Shown piece after piece: positions 33,549 through 44,829 of a stretch of 64,000 nucleotides of DNA. Below the pieces are notes generated by a model. That model had not been told where the DNA came from and searched no databases. It saw nothing but the letters and a program-made list of their open reading frames with translations. A program made the position numbers and the translations under genes. The stretch covers positions 1,312,001 to 1,376,000 of the forward strand of contig CBDFJQ010000002.1 in the NCBI GenBank assembly GCA_965248575.1, read 5' to 3'. Position 1 is the stretch's first letter. Each line of letters opens with the position of its first letter. The stretch is from Planctomycetota bacterium (lineage in GTDB: Bacteria; Planctomycetota; B15-G4).

Positions 33549-34349
33549 TTAGCTGGCGGCTGGAAGCGGCTGCTCGCTCGGCTCGACGCTCACCGGCACC
33601 GGGAGATCGTCACCCAGCAGATCCACCAGGAAGATCCCCAGCAAGAAGTCGACGAACTCAACGGGGCGAACACCCAGCCTGACGCCGATCACGCCCGCAA
33701 AGATGTCTGCTTCGAACAGGTCCCAAGCGCGGTTCGCGGGTCGCCCGGCTCGCCGGGACTCCCAGAGGGACGCGCGTCGCGGCGGCCCCAGGTTATTGAG
33801 CACGTCCGGGTCAGCCTGCTCGCGCCGAACCTCGTTGAAGTCCAACCAGCGTCGGGTCGCGGGTGCAATGAACGCACCCAGGGATTCGCGCACGATGGGC
33901 GGGTGGCGCCCCCAGCCCTGCATGTTGGGCTCGTAGTCCTGGTTCCGCCTGCCTTCGCCGGTGGGTGCATCGCGGAACAGCTGCCACCTGTAGACCAGGG
34001 GCGCGTTCCACCAGGGGAAGCCAGTCTGCTCGTAGTCCGGCGCAGTGAGGTCCGCATCCAGGGCGTCGTGCCACAGCGTGTACGGAAAGAGGATCTCTGC
34101 TTCGCGCCAGACCCCGCGAACGGTGCGATCGTCATAACCCCAACGGTTGGCGTGAATCGGCGTCAACCCCAAGCCGACTTGGAGCAGCGGCGTGGCCTGC
34201 AGCGAAACGCCCAGCCCCCAACCGCAGGAGATGCTCCAGGGAACGACATCCTGGAGATCGGCGACACGAGAACGGACGTAGGTCTTGGCGCCGGCGCAGG
34301 CGCTGCTCAACACGAGCAACGACAACACAGCCAGGCGCGCCCACCTCAT
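33549..34349 (-). CDS. Lipoprotein of unknown function
   Basis: Lipobox LSSAC; C-terminal GVRLGVRPVEFVDFLLG..DLLGDD. Start overlaps the rplQ stop (TGATG). Confidence 0.7.
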   Translation of the reverse strand: MRWARLAVLSLLVLSSACAGAKTYVRSRVADLQDVVPWSISCGWGLGVSLQATPLLQVGLGLTPIHANRWGYDDRTVRGVWREAEILFPYTLWHDALDADLTAPDYEQTGFPWWNAPLVYRWQLFRDAPTGEGRRNQDYEPNMQGWGRHPPIVRESLGAFIAPATRRWLDFNEVRREQADPDVLNNLGPPRRASLWESRRAGRPANRAWDLFEADIFAGVIGVRLGVRPVEFVDFLLGIFLVDLLGDDLPVPVSVEPSEQPLPAAS

Positions 34350-34771
34350 CAGCTCGCGACCTCCGCGTCCTCCTCCACAGCCGAATCAACCGGGGCTGCC
34401 GAAGGCGACGGAACGTAGTTCACCAGTTCGAAGATCACCCGCTGCCCCTTGTCACCGAGTCGCGGGGTGGCCAGCTTCACGATGCGCGTGTAGCCGCCCG
34501 GACGATCCTTCATCGAGGGACCGATCTCGTCGAACAGGATGCGCACGGCCTCCTTGTCGCCCAGAACCTGGGCTGCCCGACGCACGCGGTGCAAGGTTTT
34601 CTCCTTGGCCAGCGTGATGAGCTTCTCAGCCATCGCACGGTATTCCTTGGCCTTGGGACCCGTGGTCACCACGCGCCCATGGCGAAAGAGCGCCGAAACG
34701 AGATTCCTGGACAGAGCACGCCGATGGCTTGAGCTCCGGTTCAGGCGACGACCTCGCACGCGATGTCTCAT
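34349..34771 (-). CDS. rplQ: 50S ribosomal protein bL17
   Basis: MRHRVRGRRLNRSSSHR, RPGGYTRI. Confidence 0.98.
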   Translation of the reverse strand: MRHRVRGRRLNRSSSHRRALSRNLVSALFRHGRVVTTGPKAKEYRAMAEKLITLAKEKTLHRVRRAAQVLGDKEAVRILFDEIGPSMKDRPGGYTRIVKLATPRLGDKGQRVIFELVNYVPSPSAAPVDSAVEEDAEVAS

Positions 34772-34889
34772 ATCTACTTCCTTTTGTTCCTACGCCGTGT
34801 GCGTTGCGCACCTGGCGATGGCGATCATGTTCGTCCACGACGCCCGGGGGCGCCAGGTCAGGCCGTTCCAAGAAGGAACGAGGAGCTCA

Positions 34890-35912
34890 CTAGCCCTCAG
34901 AACCAGACCCCTGGAGTTCGGTTGCGTTGGTCATGCCCAGCTGAAGGCCCAAGGCCACCAGCTTCTTCTTGATCTCGGTCAGTGAGGTGGCGCCGAAGTT
35001 GCGCACCTTGAGCAGCTCTGCCTCAGTGCGGGCCACGAGCTCCCCCACCGTCGTGATGTTCTCGGAGTCCAGGCAATGCCGGGAACGCACGGACAGATCC
35101 AGCTCGTCGATCGGCTTCGCCATCACCTGAAGCATCGCTTCGCTCTCGGCATCCATGCCCACTTCGGGCTGCCTGCTCATGGAGTCCGCGGGGACGATCT
35201 TCTCGAGATCGTGGTAGTGCACGAAGGCGTTCAGGTGCTTCCGGTAGATGAGCGAGGCTTCCACCAACGCGTCTTCCGGGCCCACCGTGCCGTCGGTCCA
35301 GACCTCAAGGATCAGGCGGTCGTAGTTCGTGATCTTGCCGACACGCGTCTCTTCGACGCGGTAGCGGACACGCTCCACGGGGGAGAAGTTGCTGTCCACG
35401 TCGATGACACCCAGGGGACGCTCGGCATCGCCCATGTGCTCGTCGGCCGTGACGTAGCCACGGCTGCGCTCGATCGTCACCGTGAGGTTGATCTCCACGT
35501 CGTCCGTCAAGGTGCAGATGATGTGGTCCGGGTTCAGCACCGAGGCGCCGCCGGGAAGGCTCGCATCGCTCGCCTTCAGCTCGCCCTTCGAATCCTTGGA
35601 GAAGGTCACCTGCGCCTGGTCCGCATCCTCGAGGCCGATCAGCAGGCCCTTCAGATTCAGGACAATGGAGGTCATGTCCTCGAGCACACCAGGGATGGCG
35701 GTGAACTCGTGGACCACACCCTCAACAGTCACGCTCGTGACAGCCGTGCCCTCAATGGAGGACAAGAGCACACGGCGCAAGCCGTTGCCGATGGTGTGAC
35801 CGAAACCCTTTTCAAAGGGCTCGATGCTGAAGCGACCGAAATTCTCGGTCAACGTCTCGCGATCAACGCTCACCGAAGACGGGAGCTCAAAGTTGCGCCA
35901 GCGGATTCTCAT
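34890..35912 (-). CDS. rpoA: RNA polymerase alpha subunit
   Basis: EPFEKGFGHTIGNGLRRVLLSS, FSPV, LSVRSRHCL, NFG. Confidence 0.98.
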   Translation of the reverse strand: MRIRWRNFELPSSVSVDRETLTENFGRFSIEPFEKGFGHTIGNGLRRVLLSSIEGTAVTSVTVEGVVHEFTAIPGVLEDMTSIVLNLKGLLIGLEDADQAQVTFSKDSKGELKASDASLPGGASVLNPDHIICTLTDDVEINLTVTIERSRGYVTADEHMGDAERPLGVIDVDSNFSPVERVRYRVEETRVGKITNYDRLILEVWTDGTVGPEDALVEASLIYRKHLNAFVHYHDLEKIVPADSMSRQPEVGMDAESEAMLQVMAKPIDELDLSVRSRHCLDSENITTVGELVARTEAELLKVRNFGATSLTEIKKKLVALGLQLGMTNATELQGSGSEG

Positions 35913-36032
35913 GCGATTGCTGTTCCTGCTCAGGGGGCACGAAGTCGTGACTGATCTCAGTGCGACTATCGAAAACCGAGGACTACGGGGTGGTGATCCC
36001 AAAGACCTGCGGAGGGATCACCTGCAAACTGA

Positions 36033-36653
36033 CTACTTCGACATCAACTCGATGACGAGCTGCTCGCGAATCTCGAACGTGACATCCGAGCGCGCCGGCA
36101 AACTGGACACCCGGGCTTCGAGCGTGCTGCCATCCCGTTCCAACCAAGCCGGAACCGGGTAGCTCGAGCGCAACTCGTAGGCATCCTTGGCAACCGAACG
36201 GATCTTCTCGCGGCTCGTGACGCTGATGCGGTCGCCCAGCCGGAGCTGACGCGAGGACACATTGCAGCGATGGTCATTCACCAGGATATGTCCGTGACCG
36301 ATCAGCTGACGAGCCGAACGGCGACTGGCGGCCAGGCCCGTCGTGAACAAGACGTTGTCCAGACGACGCTCCAAAAGCGTGAGGAGGTTCTCACCCGTGT
36401 TCCCAGCCATGCGGACGGCGTGCTGGTAGTACTTGGTGAACTGCTTCTCCTCCACCCCATAGAACCGCTTCAGCTTCTGCTTCTCGCGCAGCTGGGTACG
36501 GTACTCAGAGTGCCGGACACGCGTCCAAGGATGCGCACCCGGTGGGAAATTGCGCTTTTGAATGGCGCACTTGGAGGTTTCGCAGCGATTGCCCTTGAGA
36601 AAGAGCTTCACTCCCTCTCGTCGGCACAGCTTACAAACACTGGTCTTCATCAT
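36033..36653 (-). CDS. rpsD: 30S ribosomal protein uS4 (Zn-binding type)
   Basis: CKLCRREG..C...KC, QLREKQK, LERRLDN. Confidence 0.98.
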   Translation of the reverse strand: MMKTSVCKLCRREGVKLFLKGNRCETSKCAIQKRNFPPGAHPWTRVRHSEYRTQLREKQKLKRFYGVEEKQFTKYYQHAVRMAGNTGENLLTLLERRLDNVLFTTGLAASRRSARQLIGHGHILVNDHRCNVSSRQLRLGDRISVTSREKIRSVAKDAYELRSSYPVPAWLERDGSTLEARVSSLPARSDVTFEIREQLVIELMSK

Positions 36654-36765
36654 GGTTCTGGCGTCTTGTCTCTATGCTGACTTAACGGTACTGGCTACTG
36701 AGTTGGATCGATTGAAGCGGCACAAGCACGGCTCGTAACGCCTGGTGAGCATTCCCAAACGGGAA

Positions 36766-37140
36766 TCACACACGCCTCCGCTTACGCGGACGGCACCCAT
36801 TGTGTGGCAGGGGTGTGCGGTCCTCGATGGCCTTGACCTTGATACCGGCCTGGGCCACCGCGCGCACGGCAGACTCGCGCCCGGAGCCAGGGCCCCGGAC
36901 TCGGACTTCCACGTCGCGCACACCCATTTTCATGGCCTTGGCGGCACAGCGTTCGGCGGCCTTCTGGGCTGCAAAGGGTGTGCTCTTGCGAGACCCCTTG
37001 TAGCCAGCCGTACCAGCGCTGTCCCAGCACAGGACTTCGCCGGTGTGCGGGTCGGTGAACGTGATGATCGTGTTGTTGAAGGTCGCCTTGACGTTGACAA
37101 CGGCGCGCGACACAACACGACGGACTTTCTTGGTAGCCAT
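36766..37140 (-). CDS. rpsK: 30S ribosomal protein uS11
   Basis: [23 protein letters not shown]. Confidence 0.98.
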   Translation of the reverse strand: MATKKVRRVVSRAVVNVKATFNNTIITFTDPHTGEVLCWDSAGTAGYKGSRKSTPFAAQKAAERCAAKAMKMGVRDVEVRVRGPGSGRESAVRAVAQAGIKVKAIEDRTPLPHNGCRPRKRRRV

Positions 37141-37170
37141 AGTTCGATTCCTCTTCGTCGGGGGGCGCTG

Positions 37171-37554
37171 TTACTTGCCGCCCTTGACGGACTTCTTGCC
37201 GGCCACGGTCTTTTTAGGACCCTTGCGGGTACGAGCATTTGACTGAGTGCTCTGACCGCGCACCGGAAGCCCGCGCCGATGGCGCAACCCTCGGTAACTG
37301 CCGATTTCACGCAATCGTTGAATGTTCTGGGCGACCTGGCGGCGCAAGGCGCCTTCCACCACGTGAGACTTGTCGAGTTCGGCAACGATGTGTTGCACGT
37401 CCTCGTCAGTCAGGTCCTTCGCCCGCAGCTCTGCGGGGAACTCGAGCTGTTTGCAGATCTTCTGCGAGCTCGTGGGACCGATCCCATGGATGTAGGTCAG
37501 CGCAATGATGACGCGCTTGTTGTTCGGAATGTCTACGCCGACGATACGCGGCAT
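37171..37554 (-). CDS. rpsM: 30S ribosomal protein uS13
   Basis: [25 protein letters not shown]. Confidence 0.98.
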   Translation of the reverse strand: MPRIVGVDIPNNKRVIIALTYIHGIGPTSSQKICKQLEFPAELRAKDLTDEDVQHIVAELDKSHVVEGALRRQVAQNIQRLREIGSYRGLRHRRGLPVRGQSTQSNARTRKGPKKTVAGKKSVKGGK

Positions 37555-37574
37555 GCTTGATCTCCCGGGAAGGC

Positions 37575-37691
37575 TTACTTGCCCTGCCGCTGCTTGTGAC
37601 GTGGGTTGGTGCAGATCACGCGAACAACGCCGAAGCGTCGAATGACCTTGCAGTTTTCACAGATGCGCCGAACGGAGGCTCTCACCTTCAT
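37575..37691 (-). CDS. rpmJ: 50S ribosomal protein bL36 (not in the ORF track)
   Basis: Manual translation [38 protein letters not shown]. Confidence 0.97.
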   Translation of the reverse strand: MKVRASVRRICENCKVIRRFGVVRVICTNPRHKQRQGK

Positions 37692-37930
37692 GACATTTTC
37701 CTTCCACCGGGCGCAGGACCGCGGTAAACGATTCGACCCCGACTCAGGTCATACGGACTGATCTCTATGGTGACCGTGTCGCCGGGGAGAATGCGGATGT
37801 AGTGCATGCGCATCTTTCCGGAGACGTGGGTCATCAGCTGGTGGCCATTCTCAAGCTCAACGCGAAACACCGCACTGGGCAGGGCCTCGACCACCTTCGC
37901 TTGGACTCTCAACGACGTCGCTCGGGCCAT
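37688..37930 (-). CDS. infA: Translation initiation factor IF-1
   Basis: [25 protein letters not shown]. Confidence 0.97.
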   Translation of the reverse strand: MARATSLRVQAKVVEALPSAVFRVELENGHQLMTHVSGKMRMHYIRILPGDTVTIEISPYDLSRGRIVYRGPAPGGRKMS

Positions 37931-38640
37931 CAGGAATGCCCCGCTAGGTCGTTGTTTGGGTTGGATTGGGACAGCGCCTCGAGCACGGCCTCAGTGACCG
38001 CCTCCACGTCCTGGTCACCATCAACTTTGAGCAGGACACCGCGCCCCTCATAGTAGTCAATCAGGGGGGCAGTTTGCTCGTGGTAGACCGCAAGTCGCTC
38101 AGCCACCACCGCTTCGACGTCATCCGAGCGCTGGGTCAGGGGCGAATCACAGCCATCGCACACCCCTTCCTTGGCCGGGGGTACGAATTCGACGTGGAAG
38201 CTCAAACCGCAAGCCTTGCAGACCCGCCGCCCGGTGATTCGACCCAGAAGGCGCTCATCGGGCACATCCATGTCGATCACAGCGTCCAGGGATTCCGATC
38301 GCCCAGCCAGACGGCGATCCAACTCCGCGGCCTGGGCCCGATTGCGGGGAAAGCCGTCGAGCATGTATCCGTTTTCATTCAGCTGTTTGGCCTGACCTTC
38401 GCCTCCAGCCGCTCCTTCAAGTTGCTCGAACAGCACGCTGAAGACGACCTCGTCGGGAACCAGCTGACCGGCTTCCATCAGGGCACCGGCCTTCTGCCCC
38501 GCCGGAGTGCCTGCGGCCACGGCCCCACGCAGCAAGTCACCCGTGGACAGGTGGACAAGGTCCAGCCGGGAGCAGACCTTCTGCGCCTGCGTCCCCTTGC
38601 CGGCGCCGGGTGCGCCGAGAATCACGGTCCGACGGCTCAC
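37930..38640 (-). CDS. adk: Adenylate kinase (Zn-LID type)
   Basis: [38 protein letters not shown] start overlaps the secY stop. Confidence 0.97.
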   Translation of the reverse strand: MSRRTVILGAPGAGKGTQAQKVCSRLDLVHLSTGDLLRGAVAAGTPAGQKAGALMEAGQLVPDEVVFSVLFEQLEGAAGGEGQAKQLNENGYMLDGFPRNRAQAAELDRRLAGRSESLDAVIDMDVPDERLLGRITGRRVCKACGLSFHVEFVPPAKEGVCDGCDSPLTQRSDDVEAVVAERLAVYHEQTAPLIDYYEGRGVLLKVDGDQDVEAVTEAVLEALSQSNPNNDLAGHS

Positions 38641-39986
38641 GCACCCCTCCCGGCACGCGAGCCACCGCCCTTGCGGGCCCAACCACTGCTCTCACCACCG
38701 ATGCCCTCGTAGCGCCGCATGAGCAGCATCGAGTTCACCTTGTCGATGAGGTCGAGGACCACACCCACGACGATCAGGATGCTGGTGCCGCCCAAGAACA
38801 TCGCCAGAGCTGGCGGCATGTTGGGCACGTTGCTCGAGAGCAACTGCGGCAAGACGGCAATGATCACGAGGAAGGTCGCACCGGCCAGTGTCACCTTGAA
38901 CATCACGGACTCAAGGAACTCAGCCGTCCGCGCTCCAGGGCGAAGCCCCGGAACGAAACCCCCGTACTCCTTCAAGTTGTTCGCGATCTCCTTCGGCTGG
39001 AACATCAACGATGTCCAGAAGAACGAGAAGACGAAGATCAACGAGCTGTAGAAGAGGATGTACCAGAAGCCGCCCCACTCGAAGGCGCGCTGGAAGAATT
39101 TGCCGCCGAACACGCTGTCGAGGACCGTGGGGACCACGAACAGGAAGGAGGCGAAGATGATGGGCATGACGCCCGCCTGGTTGACCTTCAGGGGCAGGTA
39201 GTGGCGCTGCCCCCCGTAGACCCGGCGACCGCGGGTCTGACGACCCTGCTGGATGGGTATCCTTCGCTGGCCCTTCGTGACGAAGACGATGCCCAGCACG
39301 ATCAACAGGTAGAGAACCAGGAGCGTCACCATGGCCTGCAGGCCTTCGGTCGGGTCCAGCGAGCTCTGCAGCTGCTGCATCATCGAGGGCATGCTGGCCA
39401 GGATGCCGGCCATGATGATCAGCGACACACCATTGCCCACGCCGTACTCGGTGATCTGCTCACCGATCCACATGATGATGAGCGTGCCCGTGGTGAGGGT
39501 CAGGATCAGGAACAGCTTGTAGCTGAATGTCGCGTACAGGGCCGGATCGATGATGTCCGCCGCAGCCGCATCGCTGAGCTTCCCGAAGACCAGGAAGATG
39601 GCCTGGATCACGCAGATCGGAACCGTGGCGTAACGCGTCCAACGGTTGATGATCTTCTGCCCAGCCTGGCCCTCCTTGGAGAGAGCCTCCAGCTGCGGCA
39701 CCACCTTCACCAAGAGGGAGAAGATGATGGATGCACTGATGTAGGGCATCACTCCCAAGGTGAACAAACGGCAGGAGCCGATCGCACCACCGGAGAGTGC
39801 ATTCATGATGCCGAACGCAAACCCGAGCCCACCGCCCTCTTGATTGAGGAAGGCCTCAAGCGCCGTGTAGTTCACCCCCGGCACCGGGATGTGGAAACCC
39901 ACGCGGTAGCACAGAAGGAGACTGACGGTGATCAGGATCTTGTTCCTGATCTCGGGTACACGGAAGAGGTTCAGAAGGCCGTTCAT
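38637..39986 (-). CDS. secY: Preprotein translocase subunit SecY
   Basis: LGVMPYISASII, IGEQITEYGVGNGVS, AGVMPIIFA, PGLRPG, GGTSILIVVGV. Confidence 0.98.
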   Translation of the reverse strand: MNGLLNLFRVPEIRNKILITVSLLLCYRVGFHIPVPGVNYTALEAFLNQEGGGLGFAFGIMNALSGGAIGSCRLFTLGVMPYISASIIFSLLVKVVPQLEALSKEGQAGQKIINRWTRYATVPICVIQAIFLVFGKLSDAAAADIIDPALYATFSYKLFLILTLTTGTLIIMWIGEQITEYGVGNGVSLIIMAGILASMPSMMQQLQSSLDPTEGLQAMVTLLVLYLLIVLGIVFVTKGQRRIPIQQGRQTRGRRVYGGQRHYLPLKVNQAGVMPIIFASFLFVVPTVLDSVFGGKFFQRAFEWGGFWYILFYSSLIFVFSFFWTSLMFQPKEIANNLKEYGGFVPGLRPGARTAEFLESVMFKVTLAGATFLVIIAVLPQLLSSNVPNMPPALAMFLGGTSILIVVGVVLDLIDKVNSMLLMRRYEGIGGESSGWARKGGGSRAGRGA

Positions 39987-40432
39987 GAAGTGAGCTCGAT
40001 GCTCCCCCCAGCCGCCTCGATCTTCTGGCGGGCCGTCTCGGACACACGGTTGGCCTTCAGCTTCAGCGGGATGTGGATCTCGCCCTTGCCGAGGATCTTG
40101 AGCGTCGTGGCCTTCTTCTTCACCAGGTTCTTGGCCTTCACCGCAGCGAGGTCAATCTCACCGCCCTCGGGAAAGGCCGTCACCAGGTCGGCGACGTTCA
40201 CGATGGCGTAGGTGACTTTGAACAGCGCGTTGGTAAAGCCCCGCTTCGGCAAACGGCGAGCGAGGGGCATCTGGCCACCCTCGAAACCGAACTTGCCGCC
40301 GGAGCCCGAACGTGAGCCCTGCCCGTTGTGGCCGCGACCCGCGGTGGAGCCCTGCCCACTTCCGGTACCGCGCCCCACCCGCCGACGCTTCTTCAGCGCG
40401 GAGCCCTTGCACTTGACGTCTTGCAGATTCAT
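39983..40432 (-). CDS. rplO: 50S ribosomal protein uL15
   Basis: [25 protein letters not shown]. Confidence 0.98.
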   Translation of the reverse strand: MNLQDVKCKGSALKKRRRVGRGTGSGQGSTAGRGHNGQGSRSGSGGKFGFEGGQMPLARRLPKRGFTNALFKVTYAIVNVADLVTAFPEGGEIDLAAVKAKNLVKKKATTLKILGKGEIHIPLKLKANRVSETARQKIEAAGGSIELTS

Positions 40433-40944
40433 GAGATCGAAACCCCTCGCAGCTTCTCGACGGTCCGGCGACTCCGCACCGAAAGCAAACCCTCAAGGGT
40501 CGCCTTCACCAGGTTCACGGGGTTGTTGCTGCCCATGCTCTTGGTGAGGATGTCGTGCACACCTGCCAGCTCCAGGACGGAGCGCACCGTGGCGCCAGCG
40601 ATGATGCCGGTACCAGGAGCGGCGGGAATCAAGCGCACCTTGGCGGCACCGAACACACCCATCACTTCATGCTCGATGGTCGTGCCCTTGAGGTCCACCT
40701 GCACCAGGTTCTTCTGGGCTTCCTTGACGGCCTTGTCGACGGCTGCAGGCACTTCCTTCGCCTTGCCGAAGCCGATGCCGACGCTGCCATGCCGATCGCC
40801 CACGACCACAAGAGCCGAGAACGAGAATCGACGGCCGCCCTTCACAACCTTGGCGCAACGATTCACCTTCACCACGGACTCTTCATAGAGCCCTGGTGCG
40901 TGAACCTTCAGTTCCTTCTCGGGTTTTGCGTTGCCTTCAGCCAT
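40429..40944 (-). CDS. rpsE: 30S ribosomal protein uS5
   Basis: [22 protein letters not shown]. Confidence 0.98.
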   Translation of the reverse strand: MAEGNAKPEKELKVHAPGLYEESVVKVNRCAKVVKGGRRFSFSALVVVGDRHGSVGIGFGKAKEVPAAVDKAVKEAQKNLVQVDLKGTTIEHEVMGVFGAAKVRLIPAAPGTGIIAGATVRSVLELAGVHDILTKSMGSNNPVNLVKATLEGLLSVRSRRTVEKLRGVSIS

Positions 40945-40965
40945 CGATCAGTTCCAGTTCGCTCT

Positions 40966-41334
40966 TCAGAAGTCCAGACCACCTTCGCGTGCACCCTCTG
41001 CGAGGGCCTTGACGCGACCGTGGAATTTGTACCAGCCGCGATCGAAGACAGCGGCGGTGACGCCCTTGCCAGTCAAACGCTTGGCCAGCTCGACGCCCAC
41101 AGCCTTGGCCTTCTCGGTCTTGGTACCCGAGAGGTCGCCGCGGATCTCTTTGTCCATGCTCGACACGGCGGCGAGGGTCACGCCGTGGAAGTCGTCGATC
41201 GCCTGCACGTAGACCTGCTTGTTGCTGCGGAAGACGCTGAGCCGGGGGCGCGCATCCGTGCCGACGACCTTCTTCCGCACGTGCTTCTTCCGGCGCACAC
41301 GACAGTTGTTGAGGATTCTTGTAGCTCGTTCCAT
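40966..41334 (-). CDS. rplR: 50S ribosomal protein uL18
   Basis: [23 protein letters not shown]. Confidence 0.97.
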   Translation of the reverse strand: MERATRILNNCRVRRKKHVRKKVVGTDARPRLSVFRSNKQVYVQAIDDFHGVTLAAVSSMDKEIRGDLSGTKTEKAKAVGVELAKRLTGKGVTAAVFDRGWYKFHGRVKALAEGAREGGLDF

Positions 41335-41365
41335 GATCGATGTAGCTTTCTGGCAGGCGCTCTGC

Positions 41366-41911
41366 TCAGGCTCCGAGGGACTTGCCAACCTTGCGACGAA
41401 CGAACTCGTCGGAGTAGCGAATGCCCTTGCCCTTGTAGGGCTCCGGCTTGCGAATCGCGCGAATCTCAGCCGCGAACTGACCCACGGCCTGCTTGTCTGC
41501 GCCTGAAATGATGATCTGGACGGGTGCCGGCACTTCGATGTTGAGGCCGTCCGGAATGGGCATCTTCACCGGCGCGTTGAAGCCGATGTTCAAGACGACC
41601 GTCTTTCCAGAAAGCTTCGCGTTGTAGCCCACACCGTGGATGTCCAAGGTCTTCTTGAAGCCCTTCTCGGCTCCCTCGACCATGTTGGCCACGAGACTGC
41701 GGTAGAGGCCGTGCATTGCCCGGGACCGCTTGGTGTCATCGGAACGCGTCAACTGCACCGAACGACCGTCTTCATCGATGGCCACCGAGATGCAGGCGTC
41801 AACATCCTGCTCAAGCACGGTCTTGCCGGCCTCCACACGAACCGTCGAGCCCTTCAGGCTCACCTTCGTGCCGCTGGCCCAAACCACTGGCTGTTTTCCG
41901 ATTCTAGACAT
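41366..41911 (-). CDS. rplF: 50S ribosomal protein uL6
   Basis: [19 protein letters not shown]. Confidence 0.98.
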   Translation of the reverse strand: MSRIGKQPVVWASGTKVSLKGSTVRVEAGKTVLEQDVDACISVAIDEDGRSVQLTRSDDTKRSRAMHGLYRSLVANMVEGAEKGFKKTLDIHGVGYNAKLSGKTVVLNIGFNAPVKMPIPDGLNIEVPAPVQIIISGADKQAVGQFAAEIRAIRKPEPYKGKGIRYSDEFVRRKVGKSLGA

Positions 41912-41920
41912 CGTTCGTCC

Positions 41921-42316
41921 TTACCAAACAGTGGCGAGCATCTCGCCACCGACGTTGCGCTCGCGGCACTCCCGATCACTCAGGAGACCGTCCGGCGTGG
42001 TGTAGATCGAGATTCCGGTGCCGTTGAGCACCCGGCGAATCTCACCCACGCTGCGATACACACGCCGTCCTGGCTTGCTCTCGCGCTTGATGGTGTTGAT
42101 CACAGCCTGTCCACGCGGCCCATACTTCAGGCGGATGGAGAGGGTTCCCTGCACACCGTCGGGCGTGACCTCGTAGCCGTGGATGAAGCCTTCACGCTTC
42201 AGCACATCGGCCAGGGCTGCCTTGGTACGGCTTGCAGGCATCGACACGTCGGACTGCTGGACACGGACAGAGTTCCGGATCCGGGTCAACATGTCGGCAA
42301 TGGGGTCGGTCATCAT
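41921..42316 (-). CDS. rpsH: 30S ribosomal protein uS8
   Basis: MTDPIADMLTRIRN, SKPGRRVY. Confidence 0.98.
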   Translation of the reverse strand: MMTDPIADMLTRIRNSVRVQQSDVSMPASRTKAALADVLKREGFIHGYEVTPDGVQGTLSIRLKYGPRGQAVINTIKRESKPGRRVYRSVGEIRRVLNGTGISIYTTPDGLLSDRECRERNVGGEMLATVW

Positions 42317-42344
42317 GGGAGTCTGCTCCGGTCCGAAACCGTGG

Positions 42345-42530
42345 TTACCAGGAGGCCTTGCGAACGCCCGGGATCTCACCGCGCAGGGCGAGATTGCGGA
42401 AGCAGATTCGGCAAACGCCGAACTTCCGCAAGAAGGCATGACTACGGCCGCAGAGCGAGCAACGCGACTTCTGTCGCGTGCTGAACTTCGGCTTCATCTT
42501 CGACTTGGCGATCCAGCTGGTCTTACCCAC
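42345..42530 (-). CDS. rpsN: 30S ribosomal protein uS14, type Z (Zn-binding)
   Basis: 61 aa; [22 protein letters not shown]. Confidence 0.97.
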   Translation of the reverse strand: MGKTSWIAKSKMKPKFSTRQKSRCSLCGRSHAFLRKFGVCRICFRNLALRGEIPGVRKASW

Positions 42531-42622
42531 GTTGGTCGATCCTGTGCGTTTTGGCTTGTGGTCAGTGAAACGTCCGGCCTTCGGTCCTGTTCAGAACCAA
42601 GAGCCGCATGAGGCGTGCACGG

Positions 42623-43195
42623 CTACGGTTGGTTGGCCGCCCCGGTCTTTCGGAAGGGCATGCCCAACGCGGTCAAGAGCTCCGTGCCAGCATCGTCGTC
42701 GGGTGCGGTGGTCACGATCGTGATGTTCATGCCCTGCATGTGCTTGATGCGGTCCAGGTCGATCTCAGGAAAGACCGTCTGGTCGGGCAAGCCCATGGAG
42801 TAGTTGCCCTGACCGTCGAGCTTCCGCTTCAGTCCGCGGAAGTCCTTGATACGGGGGATCACCACGGAGATCAGGCGGTCGAGGAACTCCCACATGCGGT
42901 CGCCGCGCAAGGTGACGCGGCAGCCGATGGGCATTCCTTCACGCAGGCGGAAGTTCGAGACGCTCATCCGCGCCACCGTATGCGAGGCCTTTTGGCCCAC
43001 GATGGCGGTCAGGTCGGCCGCAGCCGAGTCGACAAGGGCAGCGTTCTCGCGGGCTTCTCCAACGCCCATGCTGACGACGACCTTCTGGATGGTCGGAGCT
43101 GCATGGATGTTCTTGATGCCAGACTTCTCCATCAGCTCAGCGCGAGCTTCCTTGAAGCTGGTCTTCAGGCGGGGAACGTAGGTTTCGGTACTCAT
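42623..43195 (-). CDS. rplE: 50S ribosomal protein uL5
   Basis: NFRLREGMPIG.RVTLRG, PRIKDFRG, VFPEI. Confidence 0.98.
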   Translation of the reverse strand: MSTETYVPRLKTSFKEARAELMEKSGIKNIHAAPTIQKVVVSMGVGEARENAALVDSAAADLTAIVGQKASHTVARMSVSNFRLREGMPIGCRVTLRGDRMWEFLDRLISVVIPRIKDFRGLKRKLDGQGNYSMGLPDQTVFPEIDLDRIKHMQGMNITIVTTAPDDDAGTELLTALGMPFRKTGAANQP

Positions 43196-43223
43196 GATCC
43201 GGTTCTCGGTCTCAGCCTTCGGC

Positions 43224-43538
43224 TCAGCTATCGATCTGCTTGCCAGAGGGGCGCATGACGCGCACCTTTTGGCCGTCCACTACCGAGGCGCCGAGGCGCA
43301 CACCCTTACCCGACTCCGCATCGTGGTAGGCCAGGTTGGACACATCCACGGGATACTCCCGTTGCGTGCGTCCACCCTGCGGCATCTCCTGGCTCCGGCG
43401 CTGGTGCTTGAACTTCATGTTCACACCCTCAACCAAGGCCATGTCCTTCTTGCGATCGATGTCGATGATCCGTCCCGTCTTGCCGCGGTCTGCACCGGCA
43501 AGGACGATGATGGTGTCACCCTTCTTCAGGCGCGTCAT
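43224..43538 (-). CDS. rplX: 50S ribosomal protein uL24
   Basis: KKGDTIIVLAGADRGKTG, VEGVN. Confidence 0.97.
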   Translation of the reverse strand: MTRLKKGDTIIVLAGADRGKTGRIIDIDRKKDMALVEGVNMKFKHQRRSQEMPQGGRTQREYPVDVSNLAYHDAESGKGVRLGASVVDGQKVRVMRPSGKQIDS

Positions 43539-43906
43539 CAGACCACCTCATTCGCGAGAGAGATGATCTTCATGAAGTTCTTCTGGCGCAGCTCACGAGC
43601 CACCGCGCCGAAGATACGGGTCCCGACGGGGTTCCCGTCCTTGTCGATGATGACGAGGGCATTGCTGTCGAAACGCAGGCGGGACCCATCACGACGGCGG
43701 ATGTCCTTGCGCGTCCGGACGATCACGCCGCGAACGACGGTGCCCTTCTTGATGCTCGCCGTCGGAATCGACTTCTTCACGGAGCCGATGATGATATCCC
43801 CGATGCTGGCGTAGCGCCGCTTGCTGCCACCCAGCACCTTGAAGCACTGAACGGCTTTCGCACCGGTGTTGTCAGCGACCTCGAGCGTGGTCTGCATCTG
43901 AATCAT
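43538..43906 (-). CDS. rplN: 50S ribosomal protein uL14
   Basis: [22 protein letters not shown]. Confidence 0.98.
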   Translation of the reverse strand: MIQMQTTLEVADNTGAKAVQCFKVLGGSKRRYASIGDIIIGSVKKSIPTASIKKGTVVRGVIVRTRKDIRRRDGSRLRFDSNALVIIDKDGNPVGTRIFGAVARELRQKNFMKIISLANEVV

Positions 43907-44175
43907 GCGTCCACCTCCGCCCGCTCCATCACCCGCGTGAGCCGCCAGCGTTTGCTCTTGCTCAACGGACGGGAGAACACGACCTCGACCGTGTCGCCTT
44001 CCTTGGCTTCATTGTTCTCGTCGTGGGCGACGAGCGTGGTGAAGCGCCTGATGATCTTCTTGTAAAGCGGATGCATGAGGCGCCGCTCCACCTTCACGAC
44101 GATCGTCTTGTCCATCCGGTCACTCTTGACCTGACCGACTTTCGTGACGACTCGTGGAGTCCTGTCTGCTGACAT
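43903..44175 (-). CDS. rpsQ: 30S ribosomal protein uS17
   Basis: [26 protein letters not shown]. Confidence 0.97.
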   Translation of the reverse strand: MSADRTPRVVTKVGQVKSDRMDKTIVVKVERRLMHPLYKKIIRRFTTLVAHDENNEAKEGDTVEVVFSRPLSKSKRWRLTRVMERAEVDA

Positions 44176-44188
44176 CTCTTGGTCTTCC

Positions 44189-44419
44189 TCAGGTCCGGGG
44201 CTGCGAGCCGCGGATGTTCGTCTGCCGTTCGCGCAGCAGCGTTTGAATGCGCGCGATTTCCCGGCGCAGCTCGGAAATGCGACTCGGGTTTGCGATGCCC
44301 TCGGCGCTGGCCTTGAAGCGCAGCTCGAACAGCTCCTTCTTGTGCTCGGCACAATCAAATTCGAGCTCGCTGTCCAGCTTCTCTCGAAGCTCCTTGAGTC
44401 CCTTGTTGCCGGCGCTCAC
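44189..44419 (-). CDS. rpmC: 50S ribosomal protein uL29
   Basis: [17 protein letters not shown]; position after rplP. Confidence 0.95.
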   Translation of the reverse strand: MSAGNKGLKELREKLDSELEFDCAEHKKELFELRFKASAEGIANPSRISELRREIARIQTLLRERQTNIRGSQPRT

Positions 44420-44829
44420 CGAACCCTCCTCTTCACCAACCGGCACTTCACCGGCAGCTTGTGGGCCACACGGTTCATGGCCAGCTTTGCGTGGGCCTCG
44501 TCCGTACCGCCGATCTCGTAGATCACCGTGCCGGGCTTGATGGATGCAGCCCAGAACTCCGGCTCGCCCTTGCCCTTACCCATGCGGGTCTCGGCGGGAA
44601 TGCTGGTGATGGGCTTGTGCGGGAAGACACGGATCGTGATGCGGGAGCCGGGAGCCGCGCGGTTGGCGGCCACACGACCGGCCTCCAGCACACGCGCGTT
44701 GAGGTATCCAGCCTGAAGGGACTGCAGGCCCCATTCGCCGAACTCGACAGTGTGGCAACGAGTCGCTTCGCCGCGGATCTTGCCCTTCTGCACCTTCCGG
44801 TGCTTGAAGCGCTTCGGCATGTTCTTCAT
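44416..44829 (-). CDS. rplP: 50S ribosomal protein uL16
   Basis: MPKRFKHRK, ETRMGKGKG, KLP. Confidence 0.98.
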   Translation of the reverse strand: MKNMPKRFKHRKVQKGKIRGEATRCHTVEFGEWGLQSLQAGYLNARVLEAGRVAANRAAPGSRITIRVFPHKPITSIPAETRMGKGKGEPEFWAASIKPGTVIYEIGGTDEAHAKLAMNRVAHKLPVKCRLVKRRVR

